In this document: positions 1 through 9,222 of the stretch, one piece after another
How positions within the stretch are numbered: position 1 is the first letter of the stretch
Layout of the letters: every line of letters begins with the position of its first letter
Assembly (NCBI GenBank): GCA_963776355.1
Contig: CAVZLU010000008.1
Coordinates: forward strand, 1,870,151 to 1,934,150
DNA from: an uncultured Chloroflexia bacterium
Lineage (GTDB): Bacteria; Chloroflexota; Limnocylindria; Limnocylindrales; CSP1-4
Reading direction: 5' to 3'
DNA length: 64,000 nt
Notes under the pieces: generated by a model
Databases searched by the model: none
What the model saw: only the letters and a program-made list of their open reading frames with translations
What the model was told of the DNA's origin: nothing
Made by a program: the position numbers and the translations under genes

Positions 1-1146
1 GAGACCCCACGCCGTCGTGACGAATGCCTCGGCGAGGCGCGCGGGGGTCCACTCGGGAGCAGGCTGGCCGAGGAGGAGGCTCACGCGCGACCGCTGCGCC
101 GCCCCGAGACCGGCGGCCTCGGCGGCCAGGCGCTCGAACGCGTCGCCCGCCCCGACGCGCAACGAGATCATGGGCGGTCCATCGAGCACGCCGTCGAAGG
201 GCTCGGTGAGTCGCGCCTGCACGGCGCCGTACGGGCCATCATCGAGCGCCTGGACGAACGCCCGGACGAGCTGGTAGCCCTCCTCGAACGTCCGCCAGGG
301 GCTGCGTTCGCGCCAGCCCGGCGCCCCGGGCGGCCGCAGGCGGCCCTCGCTGATGCGGACCGAGCTCGCGCGGCCCGGGTAGCCGTTCAGGCGGCTCGCC
401 GGGAGCACGGCGTGGATGAAGGCGAGACGGAGGGCCGACGTCACCTGCGAGGCGCGGAGCTCGCCTTCGATTCGGGCGAGGATCGCCTGGAGGACCGCCA
501 GCTGGCGCGGCGAGTGCAGGTCGAGGAGCTGGCTCACGAGGCCGCCCGGCTCATCCGGCACGGGGAACCGCCGCGCGATCTCGTCGCGGACGCCGGGGTC
601 CGGCTCGGCGGCGACCGCCAGCTCGAGGTCGCCGTCCTCGGGCGGCGCATGGCGCAGCTCGCCGCCCCGGCCGCGGCGATCGAGGCAGGCCGGACAGCGG
701 AACGAGCGGCGGGTCGGGCGCAGGACGCTCGACGCGTCGCGCTCCCAGATGAGCTCGTCGAGGGGCAGTGTCCGGCTGCACGTCGGGCAGCGGGTGGCGA
801 AGCGCTCGTCGATCCAGGCCCGCAGGCTCGTCGTCCCGAGGGGCGCCGCGGCGACAGCCTGGAAGGCCGCGTCGAGATGCCGCAGGTCCGGCGCCCGCAC
901 CACGACGTCGGCCAGGAGGCGGGCCAGGGGCGATGTCTCGACCGAGACGGCCCGGCGGCCGAGCGCGAGCGCCGTCCGCGCGACCCAGCCTCCGCGACCG
1001 AAGAGGTCGACGACCACGTCGTCCTGCGCCGTGAGCGCCTCGATCCGGGCTGCCAGCAGCTCGGGTGGGAGCGCGGGCGCGAGCCGGGAGAAGATCGGCA
1101 GGGCGAGCGGCTGGGCAGGTCGCCCGGCGATGTCGCGGGGACTCAT
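1..1146 (-). CDS. hypothetical protein (N-terminal ~382 codons; C-terminus lies beyond the left window edge); methyltransferase-like glycine motif plus Cys4 zinc-ribbon
   Basis: Absent from the ORF track because there is no stop in the window. Hand translation of the minus strand from ATG 1146..1144 stays open to nt 1: MSPRDIAGRPAQPLALPIF...VVDLFGRGGWVARTALALGRRAVSVE...CPTCSRTL...CPACLDRRG. Codon use is GC3-rich like its neighbours. The D-x-F-G-x-G-G segment resembles SAM-MTase motif I. Confidence 0.5.
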   Translation of the reverse strand, partial: MSPRDIAGRPAQPLALPIFSRLAPALPPELLAARIEALTAQDDVVVDLFGRGGWVARTALALGRRAVSVETSPLARLLADVVVRAPDLRHLDAAFQAVAAAPLGTTSLRAWIDERFATRCPTCSRTLPLDELIWERDASSVLRPTRRSFRCPACLDRRGRGGELRHAPPEDGDLELAVAAEPDPGVRDEIARRFPVPDEPGGLVSQLLDLHSPRQLAVLQAILARIEGELRASQVTSALRLAFIHAVLPASRLNGYPGRASSVRISEGRLRPPGAPGWRERSPWRTFEEGYQLVRAFVQALDDGPYGAVQARLTEPFDGVLDGPPMISLRVGAGDAFERLAAEAAGLGAAQRSRVSLLLGQPAPEWTPARLAEAFVTTAWGL

Positions 1147-1386
1147 GGGCGGCGATTTTGCCAGAGGGGCCGCCGCACGGCGGGCGGCCCGCACCGCTCT
1201 GTGGTTGGCGGCTCGTGCCACGCGCGGATCGGGCGGGACGGTCGCGCGCCGAGCGCCCGCGGGATCCCGACGCGCCATGCCTGGGCCCCGGCGAGCACGC
1301 GCGCCCGCACGGAGGTCCGGGGGATGGGAAGGGCGCCGCGCGAGCGGCGCCCCGGAAGTCGCGTCGGCCGTCGCCGGATCGGCGGG

Positions 1387-2244
1387 CTAGGGCTCCTCGA
1401 GCTCGTCCGGCTCCTCCTCGAAGGCCTCGTCGGGCGTGACCTCGGCCGGCAGGACGCGATCGAGGTCCTCGATCTCCTCGTCCTCGACATCATCCTCGAG
1501 GTCCTCCTCGAGGTCCTCGTCCTCGCGCAGGAGGGTGCCCTTCGTGTACGGGCGCAGGTCCGAGGACTTGGCCGCGGTCGGGAAGCTGACCTTGCCGTAG
1601 TTGCGGGGATCCTGGTAGATCTCGCGGATGATGATCCGGACGTCCTGCGAGCCCAGCGACGTCACGCCGGCCGCGTACTTGTTGCCGTTGGCGATGAGCT
1701 TCAGGAGGCGGGCGGCGACCCGGGGCTCGACGACGCCGATGCGAATCCCATTCGAGATCGCGATGAGGTGCTTGCCCTCGGCCACCAGCTCGACGTAGTC
1801 GCCCGGGTTGACCTGGGCGAGGACCTTCGGGCGCGCCAGCTCGGTGAGGTGGGCGAACCCCGTCTTGCCGGTCTCCTCAACGAAGATCGAGACGGGAGCC
1901 TTGCTCGAGGGGTCGGCGGCGACGGTGCGGTCGCCCGCCTCCACGAGGAGGAGCTTCAGGCGGTCGATGTTGCGCTCGGCGATGCGATTCGTGGGATCGA
2001 GCGCAAGCGCCTTCTGGTAGTGCTCCCGGGCACCGGCGAGGTCGCCCATCTCCCACAGGGACTTGGCGAGGCGGTTCTCGGCCTCGGCGTCGGGTCCGTA
2101 CTCGATGAGCTTGCGATTGACCTCGGCGGCCTCGTCCCAGCGCGCGGCCGCGGCGTTGGCGATCGCCTGCTCGGTCAGGGTCCGCTTGATCCGGGAGAGG
2201 CTGGGGGCGCTCGGAGCGGTCTGCTCGAGCTCGGGGAAGGTCAC
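1387..2244 (-). CDS. TPR repeat protein with strongly acidic C-terminal tail
   Basis: ORF 1387..2388(-). The first 48 codons look like shadow sequence. GTG at 2244 is preceded by AAAGGA. WDEAAEVNRKLIEYGPDAEAENRLAKSLWEMGDLAGAREHYQKALALDPTN is TPR-like. The tail is EDEDLEEDLEDDVEDEEIEDL. Confidence 0.75.
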   Translation of the reverse strand: MTFPELEQTAPSAPSLSRIKRTLTEQAIANAAAARWDEAAEVNRKLIEYGPDAEAENRLAKSLWEMGDLAGAREHYQKALALDPTNRIAERNIDRLKLLLVEAGDRTVAADPSSKAPVSIFVEETGKTGFAHLTELARPKVLAQVNPGDYVELVAEGKHLIAISNGIRIGVVEPRVAARLLKLIANGNKYAAGVTSLGSQDVRIIIREIYQDPRNYGKVSFPTAAKSSDLRPYTKGTLLREDEDLEEDLEDDVEDEEIEDLDRVLPAEVTPDEAFEEEPDELEEP

Positions 2245-2441
2245 GGAGGGCGGGTCCTTTCGGTTCGGCGCGGGGCGCGCCGGAGCAGACAGCGGACGGG
2301 ATGCGCGACTGCCGTTTGTACACCCGGGCGACGGCGCCGTCAAACGCCGGGCCTCGCGGAGGGCGACCCCGGGAGCCACCGACGCCATCTATCCGCCGCC
2401 GCTGCTCACGGTGGCACAGGTCCGCCCGGTCGGGGCGGCGG

Positions 2442-3359
2442 TCAGCCCTGGGCGAAGACGTTCCAGGCGATGACGAGCGCTCCGAGCGTAGCCAGCAGGA
2501 CGACCTCCCAGATCCAGCGTGCGTCGCGCCGGGCGCTTCGGGCGACCCCGCGATACGCGCTCCAGAGGTACAGCACGAGCGTGAGGAGGGCCGGGCTGAG
2601 GAGGCGCGGCAGGCCCATCGCCCGCAGCGCGGCCGCCGCGATCGCGATGACCGCGGCGTACGAGAGGGCCGCAGCCAGCGCGCCGCGGACGGTCGATGTC
2701 CGCAGCGCGTCCATGCGGTAGCCGAGGATCCCGGCCACGAGCCCGTCGAGCGCCGCGAGCAGGGCGAGTCCTTCCAGCGGCAGGCCGACCGCCGGCGCGT
2801 CCGATCCCGTGGGCGGCGGCTCGACGAGCGCGCCCGGGATCGCGGCCGCGATCCCGGCGAAGGCCAGGAAGGCCAGCACGACGGCGGCGGCGACAACGGC
2901 GGTACGGTCGGCGGCCGTCGGACCGCTCGGCCGGGCCAGGATCCGGCGTTCGAGGTCGACGGTCGCCGCGGCCATCGCCCCGACGGCCACGAGGCCGGGC
3001 ACGAGCAGCAGGCCCACGGGCACGAGGTGGAGCGCGACGACGGAGGCGATCCCCGTGACCGCCGGCAGGAGGAGAGATTCAATCGGGATCCCGAGGTCGG
3101 CGGCCCCTGCCGGCGGCTCGGCGGCGCCGAGCACCTCGAGGGCGCCGAGGCCGAGGGCGACGCCGGCGAGGATGGCCGCCGTCCAGAGCGCCGGCCCCTC
3201 GGCAATTCGCCCAGCCGCGGCCAGGAAGACGGCAACGGTGACCAGCTCCCAGGCCGGGTCCCCGGCCGCGTTGGCGGTCGTGTCACGGGCGCTGAGCCCG
3301 GGCGGGAAACCGGTGAACAGCGGCCGGCCCGGGGCCCCCGCAATCGCGACCCCGGGCAC
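2442..3359 (-). CDS. polytopic integral membrane protein, unknown function
   Basis: The C-terminal ~300 codons of ORF 2442..3977(-) are multi-helix hydrophobic sequence (LLLPAVTGIASVVALHLVPVGLLLVPGLVAVGAMAAA; WIWEVVLLATLGALVIAWNVF). The upstream part is Arg/Pro shadow and would overlap polX. GTG 3359 is the first plausible start after the polX stop; the start is uncertain. Confidence 0.6.
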   Translation of the reverse strand: MPGVAIAGAPGRPLFTGFPPGLSARDTTANAAGDPAWELVTVAVFLAAAGRIAEGPALWTAAILAGVALGLGALEVLGAAEPPAGAADLGIPIESLLLPAVTGIASVVALHLVPVGLLLVPGLVAVGAMAAATVDLERRILARPSGPTAADRTAVVAAAVVLAFLAFAGIAAAIPGALVEPPPTGSDAPAVGLPLEGLALLAALDGLVAGILGYRMDALRTSTVRGALAAALSYAAVIAIAAAALRAMGLPRLLSPALLTLVLYLWSAYRGVARSARRDARWIWEVVLLATLGALVIAWNVFAQG

Positions 3360-3469
3360 GGGCGGCGTCGTCCGCCGCGGCGCGACCGGGAGGGGGTGCC
3401 CCGGCGCGCCCGCCCCGAGCGGCGGGGCAGGACGCCGCAGGGGGTTGTGGATGCGCGGCCCGGGGCGCC

Positions 3470-5398
3470 TCACTCGACGCGCCCCGCCTTGCCGGCCACC
3501 CACGCGAGGAGCTCGTCGCGCGACCAGGTGTTGGCGACGATGCCCGGTTCCACCCAGGCCCGGCGGGCCTGGGCCACGCCCCACGAGATGCCGCCGAGCT
3601 CCTCGATGCGATGGGCATCGGAGTCGATGCTCAACCGGCAGCCGGCGGCCACGGCAAGACGGGCACGCTCGGGTGCGAGATCGAGCCGGTGGTCGGAGCC
3701 GTCGATCTCGAGGAGCGTCCCCGTCGCCGCGGCAGCGGCGTAGATCTCGTCCCACTCGAGGTCGAGGTCGTCGCGGGAGCGCTCGCCGATCATGCGCCCG
3801 GCCGGGTGGGCGATGACGTCGACATGGGGGCTGCGTATCGCGCCGAGGACGCGGGCGGTCAGCTGGGCTCGCGGCTGGCGCCGACCCTGGTGGAGCGCGG
3901 CCACGACAACGTCGAAGGACGCCAGGAGGTCGTCCTCGTAGTCCAGCGTCCCATCCCCGCGGATCTCGAGCTCGCACCCGTGAAGGAGGCGAAAGCCGGA
4001 GGGGGGCGTGGCGGCCGGCGCCATCCCCGAATCCTCCTCGCCGGAGAAGCGCGCGTTCAGGCCGGCGATCAACGCCCGCTGGGCCGCCACCCGCTCCGGC
4101 ACCAGGCCCCGGGCGACGGCGAGGCCCTGGGAGTGGTCCGTGAGCACGAGATAGGCGTACCCGCGCCGGCGGGCGGCCTCGGCCATCTGCTCGACGGTGT
4201 GGATGCCGTCGGACCAGTCGGAGTGGGCATGGCAGTCACCGCGCAGGTCCCCGAGCTCCACGAGACGAGGCAGGCGGCCGTCCCGGGCGGCCTGGATCTC
4301 GCCCAGGTCCTCGCGCAGCTCGGGCGGCACCTCGTCCAGCCCGAGGAATGCGTAGACAGCGGCTTCGTCGGCGAAGGTCCGCAGCTCCGCCTCCGGTCCG
4401 GCCGCGATCTCGCCATCCTCGGCGAGGCGGGCGAAGCCCTTCTCGGACAGGCTCCAGCCGCGGTCGCGGGCCAGTGCCCGGAGGCGCACGTTGTGCTCCT
4501 TGCTGCCCGTGAAGTGCACGAGGTACGTTCCCGCCTCGCTCGCCGGCATCGCCATCAGGTCCACCTGGGGACCGCCGGCCAGGCGGACGGTCGCCCGGTG
4601 GGTGCCGGCGTTGACGACCTCGTCCACGATCGGCAGGGAAGCGAACCGGGCGATGACCGCCGCCGGGTCGTCCGACTCGACGAGGAGGTCCAGGTCGCCG
4701 ATCGTCTCGCGGCGCCGCCGGAACGAGCCAGCGGGCAGGATCCTCCCGACCCCGGGGACGTCCGCGAGCAGCGCGGCGATCCCGTCGACGATGCGCTCGG
4801 CCGTCCCCAGCGTCATCCGCGTCGAGCGCCGGTCCAGCGCTTCCAGGCCGGCGCGCAGCCCGGCGATCCCCTTGTCGGTGAGGCCCGGGGCACCGCGAAT
4901 CGTGCCTGCCCGAAGGGCCGTCCGAAGGTCGTCGAGCGACTCGATCCCGAGCCGTTCCCAGAGGACGCGCACGGTCTTGGGCCCGACCCCGGGGATCTCG
5001 AGGAGCTCCGCCAGCGAGGCCGGCACCTCGGCATGCAGCCGGTCGAGGAATCGCAGGTGGCCGGTGGCGACCACCTCGGCGATCTTGTCGGAGATCGCCG
5101 ACCCGACCCCCGGGATCGTCGGCGGCCGGCCCTCGCGGTATGCCCGCGCGATGTCGTGCGGGCTGTGGGCGATGGCGTCGGCCGCGCGGTGGTAGGCGAC
5201 GGTCTTGAAGACCAGCTCACCCTTGATCTCGAGGAGGCTGCCGATCTCGTCGAAGATCGCCGCCAGCTCGGCGTTCGTGGGGGCGGGCGCGGCCGCTGCC
5301 GGGTCGGCGACCGGCTGGCCAGGGGAGGCCTCGGGCTCGCTGGCGTCGGCCGTGGCCGGGATCGGGGTGGACCGGGCGCCCGTGGAGTGGTCGGCCAT
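3470..5398 (-). CDS. polX: DNA polymerase X family protein with C-terminal PHP (3'-5' exonuclease/phosphoesterase) domain
   Basis: 642-aa ORF. The pol-beta-like N-terminal part has LAAIFDEIGSLLEIKGELVFKTVAYHRAADAI, GVGPKTVRVLWE and ETIGDLDLLV. The PHP part has CHAHSDWSDG, LVLTDHSQ and DSDAH. Confidence 0.93.
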   Translation of the reverse strand: MADHSTGARSTPIPATADASEPEASPGQPVADPAAAAPAPTNAELAAIFDEIGSLLEIKGELVFKTVAYHRAADAIAHSPHDIARAYREGRPPTIPGVGSAISDKIAEVVATGHLRFLDRLHAEVPASLAELLEIPGVGPKTVRVLWERLGIESLDDLRTALRAGTIRGAPGLTDKGIAGLRAGLEALDRRSTRMTLGTAERIVDGIAALLADVPGVGRILPAGSFRRRRETIGDLDLLVESDDPAAVIARFASLPIVDEVVNAGTHRATVRLAGGPQVDLMAMPASEAGTYLVHFTGSKEHNVRLRALARDRGWSLSEKGFARLAEDGEIAAGPEAELRTFADEAAVYAFLGLDEVPPELREDLGEIQAARDGRLPRLVELGDLRGDCHAHSDWSDGIHTVEQMAEAARRRGYAYLVLTDHSQGLAVARGLVPERVAAQRALIAGLNARFSGEEDSGMAPAATPPSGFRLLHGCELEIRGDGTLDYEDDLLASFDVVVAALHQGRRQPRAQLTARVLGAIRSPHVDVIAHPAGRMIGERSRDDLDLEWDEIYAAAAATGTLLEIDGSDHRLDLAPERARLAVAAGCRLSIDSDAHRIEELGGISWGVAQARRAWVEPGIVANTWSRDELLAWVAGKAGRVE

Positions 5399-5428
5399 CG
5401 CGCCGAGTATCGCACGAGATGGGTGCGA

Positions 5429-6670
5429 TCAAGCCGCCTCGACGCGGTTGCGGCCGAATCTCTTTGCCCGGTAGAGCGCGCGGTCGGCGGCCTCGACCAG
5501 GTCGACGACGCGCTCGGCGCCGCCGTCGCCCACGGTGGCCCCGATCGACACGGTCACCTTCTCGACGCCGACCCCGCGCAGGTCGATCTGTTCCACGGCG
5601 CCGCGGATCCGCTCCCCGACCTCGAGGGCCACCGCCCGGCTCGGGTTGCGCAGCAGGACGACGAACTCCTCGCCCCCGTAGCGAGCGGGCACGTCCACGT
5701 CGCGCACGGCGCCCGCGATCGTGCGGGCAACGGCCCGCAGGACGACATCGCCGGTGGCGTGGCCGTGGCGATCGTTCACCTGCTTGAAGCGGTCGACGTC
5801 GACCATGAGGATCCCGATCGCGTCGTCCGCCCGGCGCCCCTTGCCGAGCAGCTCCACGTATTCCTCGAAGTAGCGGCGATTCGGCAGGCCGGTGAGGACA
5901 TCCGTGGTCGCGGCGGCCTCGGCCGCGCGATGGGTCACGGTCCGCGCAAGGGCGGCCGAGGCCTCCGCCGCCGCCGACTCGAGGAGGCGTCGCGACGGCT
6001 CCGGCCAGGGTCTCGTCCGGCGTCGCGAGATGACGAGGGCGCCGAGGAGCTCGCCGTGCGCCACGAGAGGCGCCGCGAGGACGTCCTGGAGGCCGAAGGC
6101 CCGCCGCACGCGACCGGCGATGCGGTCGGCGGCCCGCCCGGCCACGTCGGGGGGCACCTCGCGGCCGGGCCCCACCGCGACGCCGGCCTCGGATGCCGCC
6201 GGGCGGTCATCGAGGTCGACGGCGGGCAGGACCGTGCTCGACCGCGGGGCTCCCGGCCGGGTGGGGATCAAGGTGGCGTCCAGGATCGGGGCGCCGGGCC
6301 GGCGGCGCACCACGACGAGGTGGTCGGCCTCCGTGCCCGGTCCCAGCTCGCCGATGATCGCGGTCGCGATCGCGTCGGGCGACACGGCGCGCGAGAACCC
6401 CTGGAGGATCCGGGCGAAGTTCTCAACCTCGTCGCGGCGTCGGGCCTCTCGCTGCTCGACGCTCAGGCGCACGGCGACCGCCGAGGCGATAAGGCCGGCG
6501 AGGGCGACCGGGAGGAGGATCGTGAGGGGAGGCCCGGGAGGAACCGCGGCCGCGACGACGAGGACGATGACGACCACGATCGCCGCCGCGAGGAGGGCCC
6601 ACGACCACCGGACCCGCCGATCGAGCGGATCCGCGGGCGGCTCGGATCGGATTTGCGACGAGTCGGCCAC
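5429..6670 (-). CDS. membrane-anchored diguanylate cyclase (GGDEF domain, I-site present)
   Basis: ORF 5429..6940(-). GGDEF domain: LTGLPNRRYF, VDVDRFKQVNDRHGHATGD, RDVDVPARYGGEEFVVLL (RxxD + GGEEF). TM helix WALLAAAIVVVIVLVVAAAV. GTG 6670 was chosen because the upstream ORF part is shadow-like and would overlap the next gene's 3' end. Confidence 0.85.
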   Translation of the reverse strand: MADSSQIRSEPPADPLDRRVRWSWALLAAAIVVVIVLVVAAAVPPGPPLTILLPVALAGLIASAVAVRLSVEQREARRRDEVENFARILQGFSRAVSPDAIATAIIGELGPGTEADHLVVVRRRPGAPILDATLIPTRPGAPRSSTVLPAVDLDDRPAASEAGVAVGPGREVPPDVAGRAADRIAGRVRRAFGLQDVLAAPLVAHGELLGALVISRRRTRPWPEPSRRLLESAAAEASAALARTVTHRAAEAAATTDVLTGLPNRRYFEEYVELLGKGRRADDAIGILMVDVDRFKQVNDRHGHATGDVVLRAVARTIAGAVRDVDVPARYGGEEFVVLLRNPSRAVALEVGERIRGAVEQIDLRGVGVEKVTVSIGATVGDGGAERVVDLVEAADRALYRAKRFGRNRVEAA

Positions 6671-6755
6671 GGTCAGGAACAGGATGGGGGTTGGCTCGTC
6701 AACACGCCACCCGGCCGCCCAGTACCTCCGGCGGGTCCGGTGGAGTACTTCTGGG

Positions 6756-8877
6756 CTATGCGGTCCCGCGGGCCGTGCCGTCCCCTGCCGCTCGCCCCGA
6801 CGGGCGCCCCGGCCCGTGCGCCGCCGGAGGCGGCGGGCCCGCGAGGCGACGGCGCACCCGGCCCTCGACGCCATGGCCGCCGCTCTCCTTGACCCGGTAG
6901 AGCGCGGCGTCGGCGCCGGCGATGAGGGCCTGGGCGGCACGGCCGTCGTCGGGGAACGAGGCGACGCCGACGGATGCCCCGACGGTCACGGGCCCGCGTC
7001 CCGCCCCGAGGTACGGGTGGTCGCGCAGGGCGGTGACGATCCGCTCCCCGACCTCGTGGGCGCCCGCGGCCGGGGTGTCGGGAAGGATCACGGCGAACTC
7101 GTCCCCCCCGTATCGGGCCGCCACGTCCGAGCCGCGGAGCTGGGCCCGGATCTGCTCGGCGGTCCAGCGCAGGACGTCGTCCCCGAACAGGTGGCCGAGG
7201 GTGTCGTTCACGAGCTTGAAGTCGTCGAGATCGATCATCAGGAGGGACAGCGGGGCATGCGTCCGCTGACTGCGCAGGATCTCCTCGCCCAGGCGCTCGT
7301 GGAGGTAGCGGTGGTTGTAGAAGCCCGTCAGGGGATCTCGGTCGGCGAGGTTCCGGGTCGTCTCGTAGAGCTGGGCGTTGCTCATGGCCATCGCGGCCTC
7401 GTTGGCCATGGCCCGGGCGAGGTCGACGCGACGGGCCTCCAGTCGGACGGCGGCGAAGCCATACAGCTCGACGAGCCCGATCGTCTCGCCCTTCGCAACC
7501 AGCGGGATCATGACCAGCGACCCCTGCCCGTCGCTCCGGAGGAGGGCGGCCTCGGCCGGGTCCGCCGCCGGGTCCATCACGTCGATCGTCGACATGACCT
7601 GCGTCTCGAGCACGCGCCGCGTCTCGGGGAAGCCGCCGAGGGCGAACGACGGGCTGGATGTCGGGGAGGCGCTGCGGTGGCCAGTAGCCCCAGGTCAGGA
7701 GCCGGTCGCCGGGCCGGTCCCAGACGGAGATGCAGCATTCATCCGCGCCGAAGGCATGTCCGACGTGCTGGGCGGTCAGCTCCGCCACCTGTCGCGGATC
7801 GAGGCTGCGGGACAGGGCGCTGCTCATGTCGGCGATGCGCCGCAGGTCCTCGGCCAGGGCCGCCGAGGCGCCGATGGCGGTCGCCGATTGCACGGCCGTG
7901 GCCGCCAGGTCGGCCAGCGTCGAGAGGATCCGCACGTCGGCGAGGTCGAACTGGCGGAGGCCGACCTTGGAGAGGGCGATGACGCCCGTGACCCGCTCGT
8001 CGTAGCGCATCGGCACCACGACCATCGACTCGTCGATCTCGTCCGTGCCCGGGATCGTCATCCCGCGCGGATCGGCGTTGGCGTCGGGGATCAGGAGAGG
8101 GCGGCCGTTGGCGGCGACCCAGCCCGTGAAGCCCTCCCCCACCTTGAGGCCCAGGTCGTCGAGGGAGATCGTCTCGTAGCCGTTGTCCCCGGCGGCCACG
8201 ACGGGCACCAGGTCGTCCGGCTCCTCGAGGACGTACACGCGGCAGGCGTGATAGTCGACGATCGACCGGATCTCGTCGGCCACCGCCTCGGCCACCGCCC
8301 GCACCGACGGCCGGCTGGCCATCCGGGCGGCCGCCCGCTGGGCGACCTCGAGCTGGGCGACCCAGCGCTCGGTCGCCTCGCGCGCCTCGTCGACCTGGGA
8401 CCGCATCGCCGCCAGCGACGCCGCCGTGCGGGCGATCTCCTGGTGACCGCGGGTGAGGCGAACGACGACCAGGCGCAGCGCCAGGCTGACGATGGCGAAG
8501 GCGGCCAGCTCGATGGCCTCGATCGCCTTCGCGTCGGGCGAGTCCGCGACCGTCTCGGCCACGACGACGGTGGCAAGCGTGATCGCGGCGACCACCATGC
8601 CCTGGCGGGCCGGCAGGGTGAGGGCGGCGAGGACGAGGGGCACGATCGCGAACGGCACTGCGACATCCGCGCTGGCGAGCCGGAGGGAGGCGACGATGTA
8701 CAGCCACAGGGCGAGGACGGTGACGAGCTGGCTGCGCGGGCCAAGGAGCATCTCGGCCGGGTCGCCGACGATGGCTTCCCGGGCGAGAGCCGCGAATCGC
8801 CGGGCGAGACCGGGGGCGCGCTCCGGGGGCGCCCTTCCGGGTCCGGCGGGGGGCGGGGCCTTCGCGACGTCGCGCAT
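6756..8877 (-). CDS. TM-GAF-GAF-GGDEF diguanylate cyclase, interrupted by an apparent 1-nt frameshift near 7650
   Basis: ATG 8877 (MRDVAKAPP...). TM helices, then GAF 1 (IVDYHACRVYVLEEPDDLVPVVAAGDNGYE...GFTGWVAANGRPLLIPD), then GAF 2 start (DECCISVWDRPGDRLLTWGYWPPQRLPDIQ) sit in the frame of ORF 6673..10626. The GAF 2 end plus GGDEF (PSFALGGFPETRRVLETQVMSTIDV...RGSDVAARYGGDEFAVIL) sit in the frame of ORF 6756..7613. Confidence 0.8.
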
Positions 8878-9222
8878 GTGAGCGATCGTCGCATCGGTGG
8901 TGCCAGCGTGCGCCGGGGCGAAAGTACCAGCGCCAGCGGCCACTGGTACCACCGCGGACTGGTTTGACCACCGTTCCGAACGGGGACTACACTCGCGGAG
9001 CCCGGGCCCTGCGCACCCGGTGCCCGTCTTCAGCCGTATCGGAGGATGCCTCCCACCGTGGAGCCCGGACCCAGTCGTCCCGGCGCCCCTGGCGCCGGGA
9101 ATCCCCGCGAGGTCCGCCCCGTCCGCTGAGCGGCGCGGCGTGCGGTTGGTGCCCGGTCGGGCACGAGCCGGCGCCGGCGCCACCCGCCGGGTGGGGTCCC
9201 GACCCCGCCCCGCGAGGTGGCC

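Noticed and set aside
412-2721. 769-aa plus-strand ORF (and nested ORFs 416..1390, 1065..1439, 1877..3343)
   Set aside because: Extreme Arg/Gly/Pro/Ala composition with no recognisable motif. It lies antisense to two well-supported minus-strand genes (the 1..1146 hypothetical and the TPR protein). This is a typical high-GC shadow ORF.
3611-6892. 1093-aa plus-strand ORF
   Set aside because: It is antisense to polX and the first GGDEF gene, both of which have unambiguous motifs. Composition is Arg/Gly/Asp/Pro-rich.
8990-9222. Possible M-box (Mg2+) or yybP-ykoY (Mn2+) riboswitch upstream of the MgtE-like/Nramp pair
   Set aside because: I looked for the conserved cores I remember (GUUAGGUGAGGC... 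for M-box; GGGGAGUAG...UUGACA for yybP-ykoY) on the plus strand and did not find them. An Rfam scan is still advisable.
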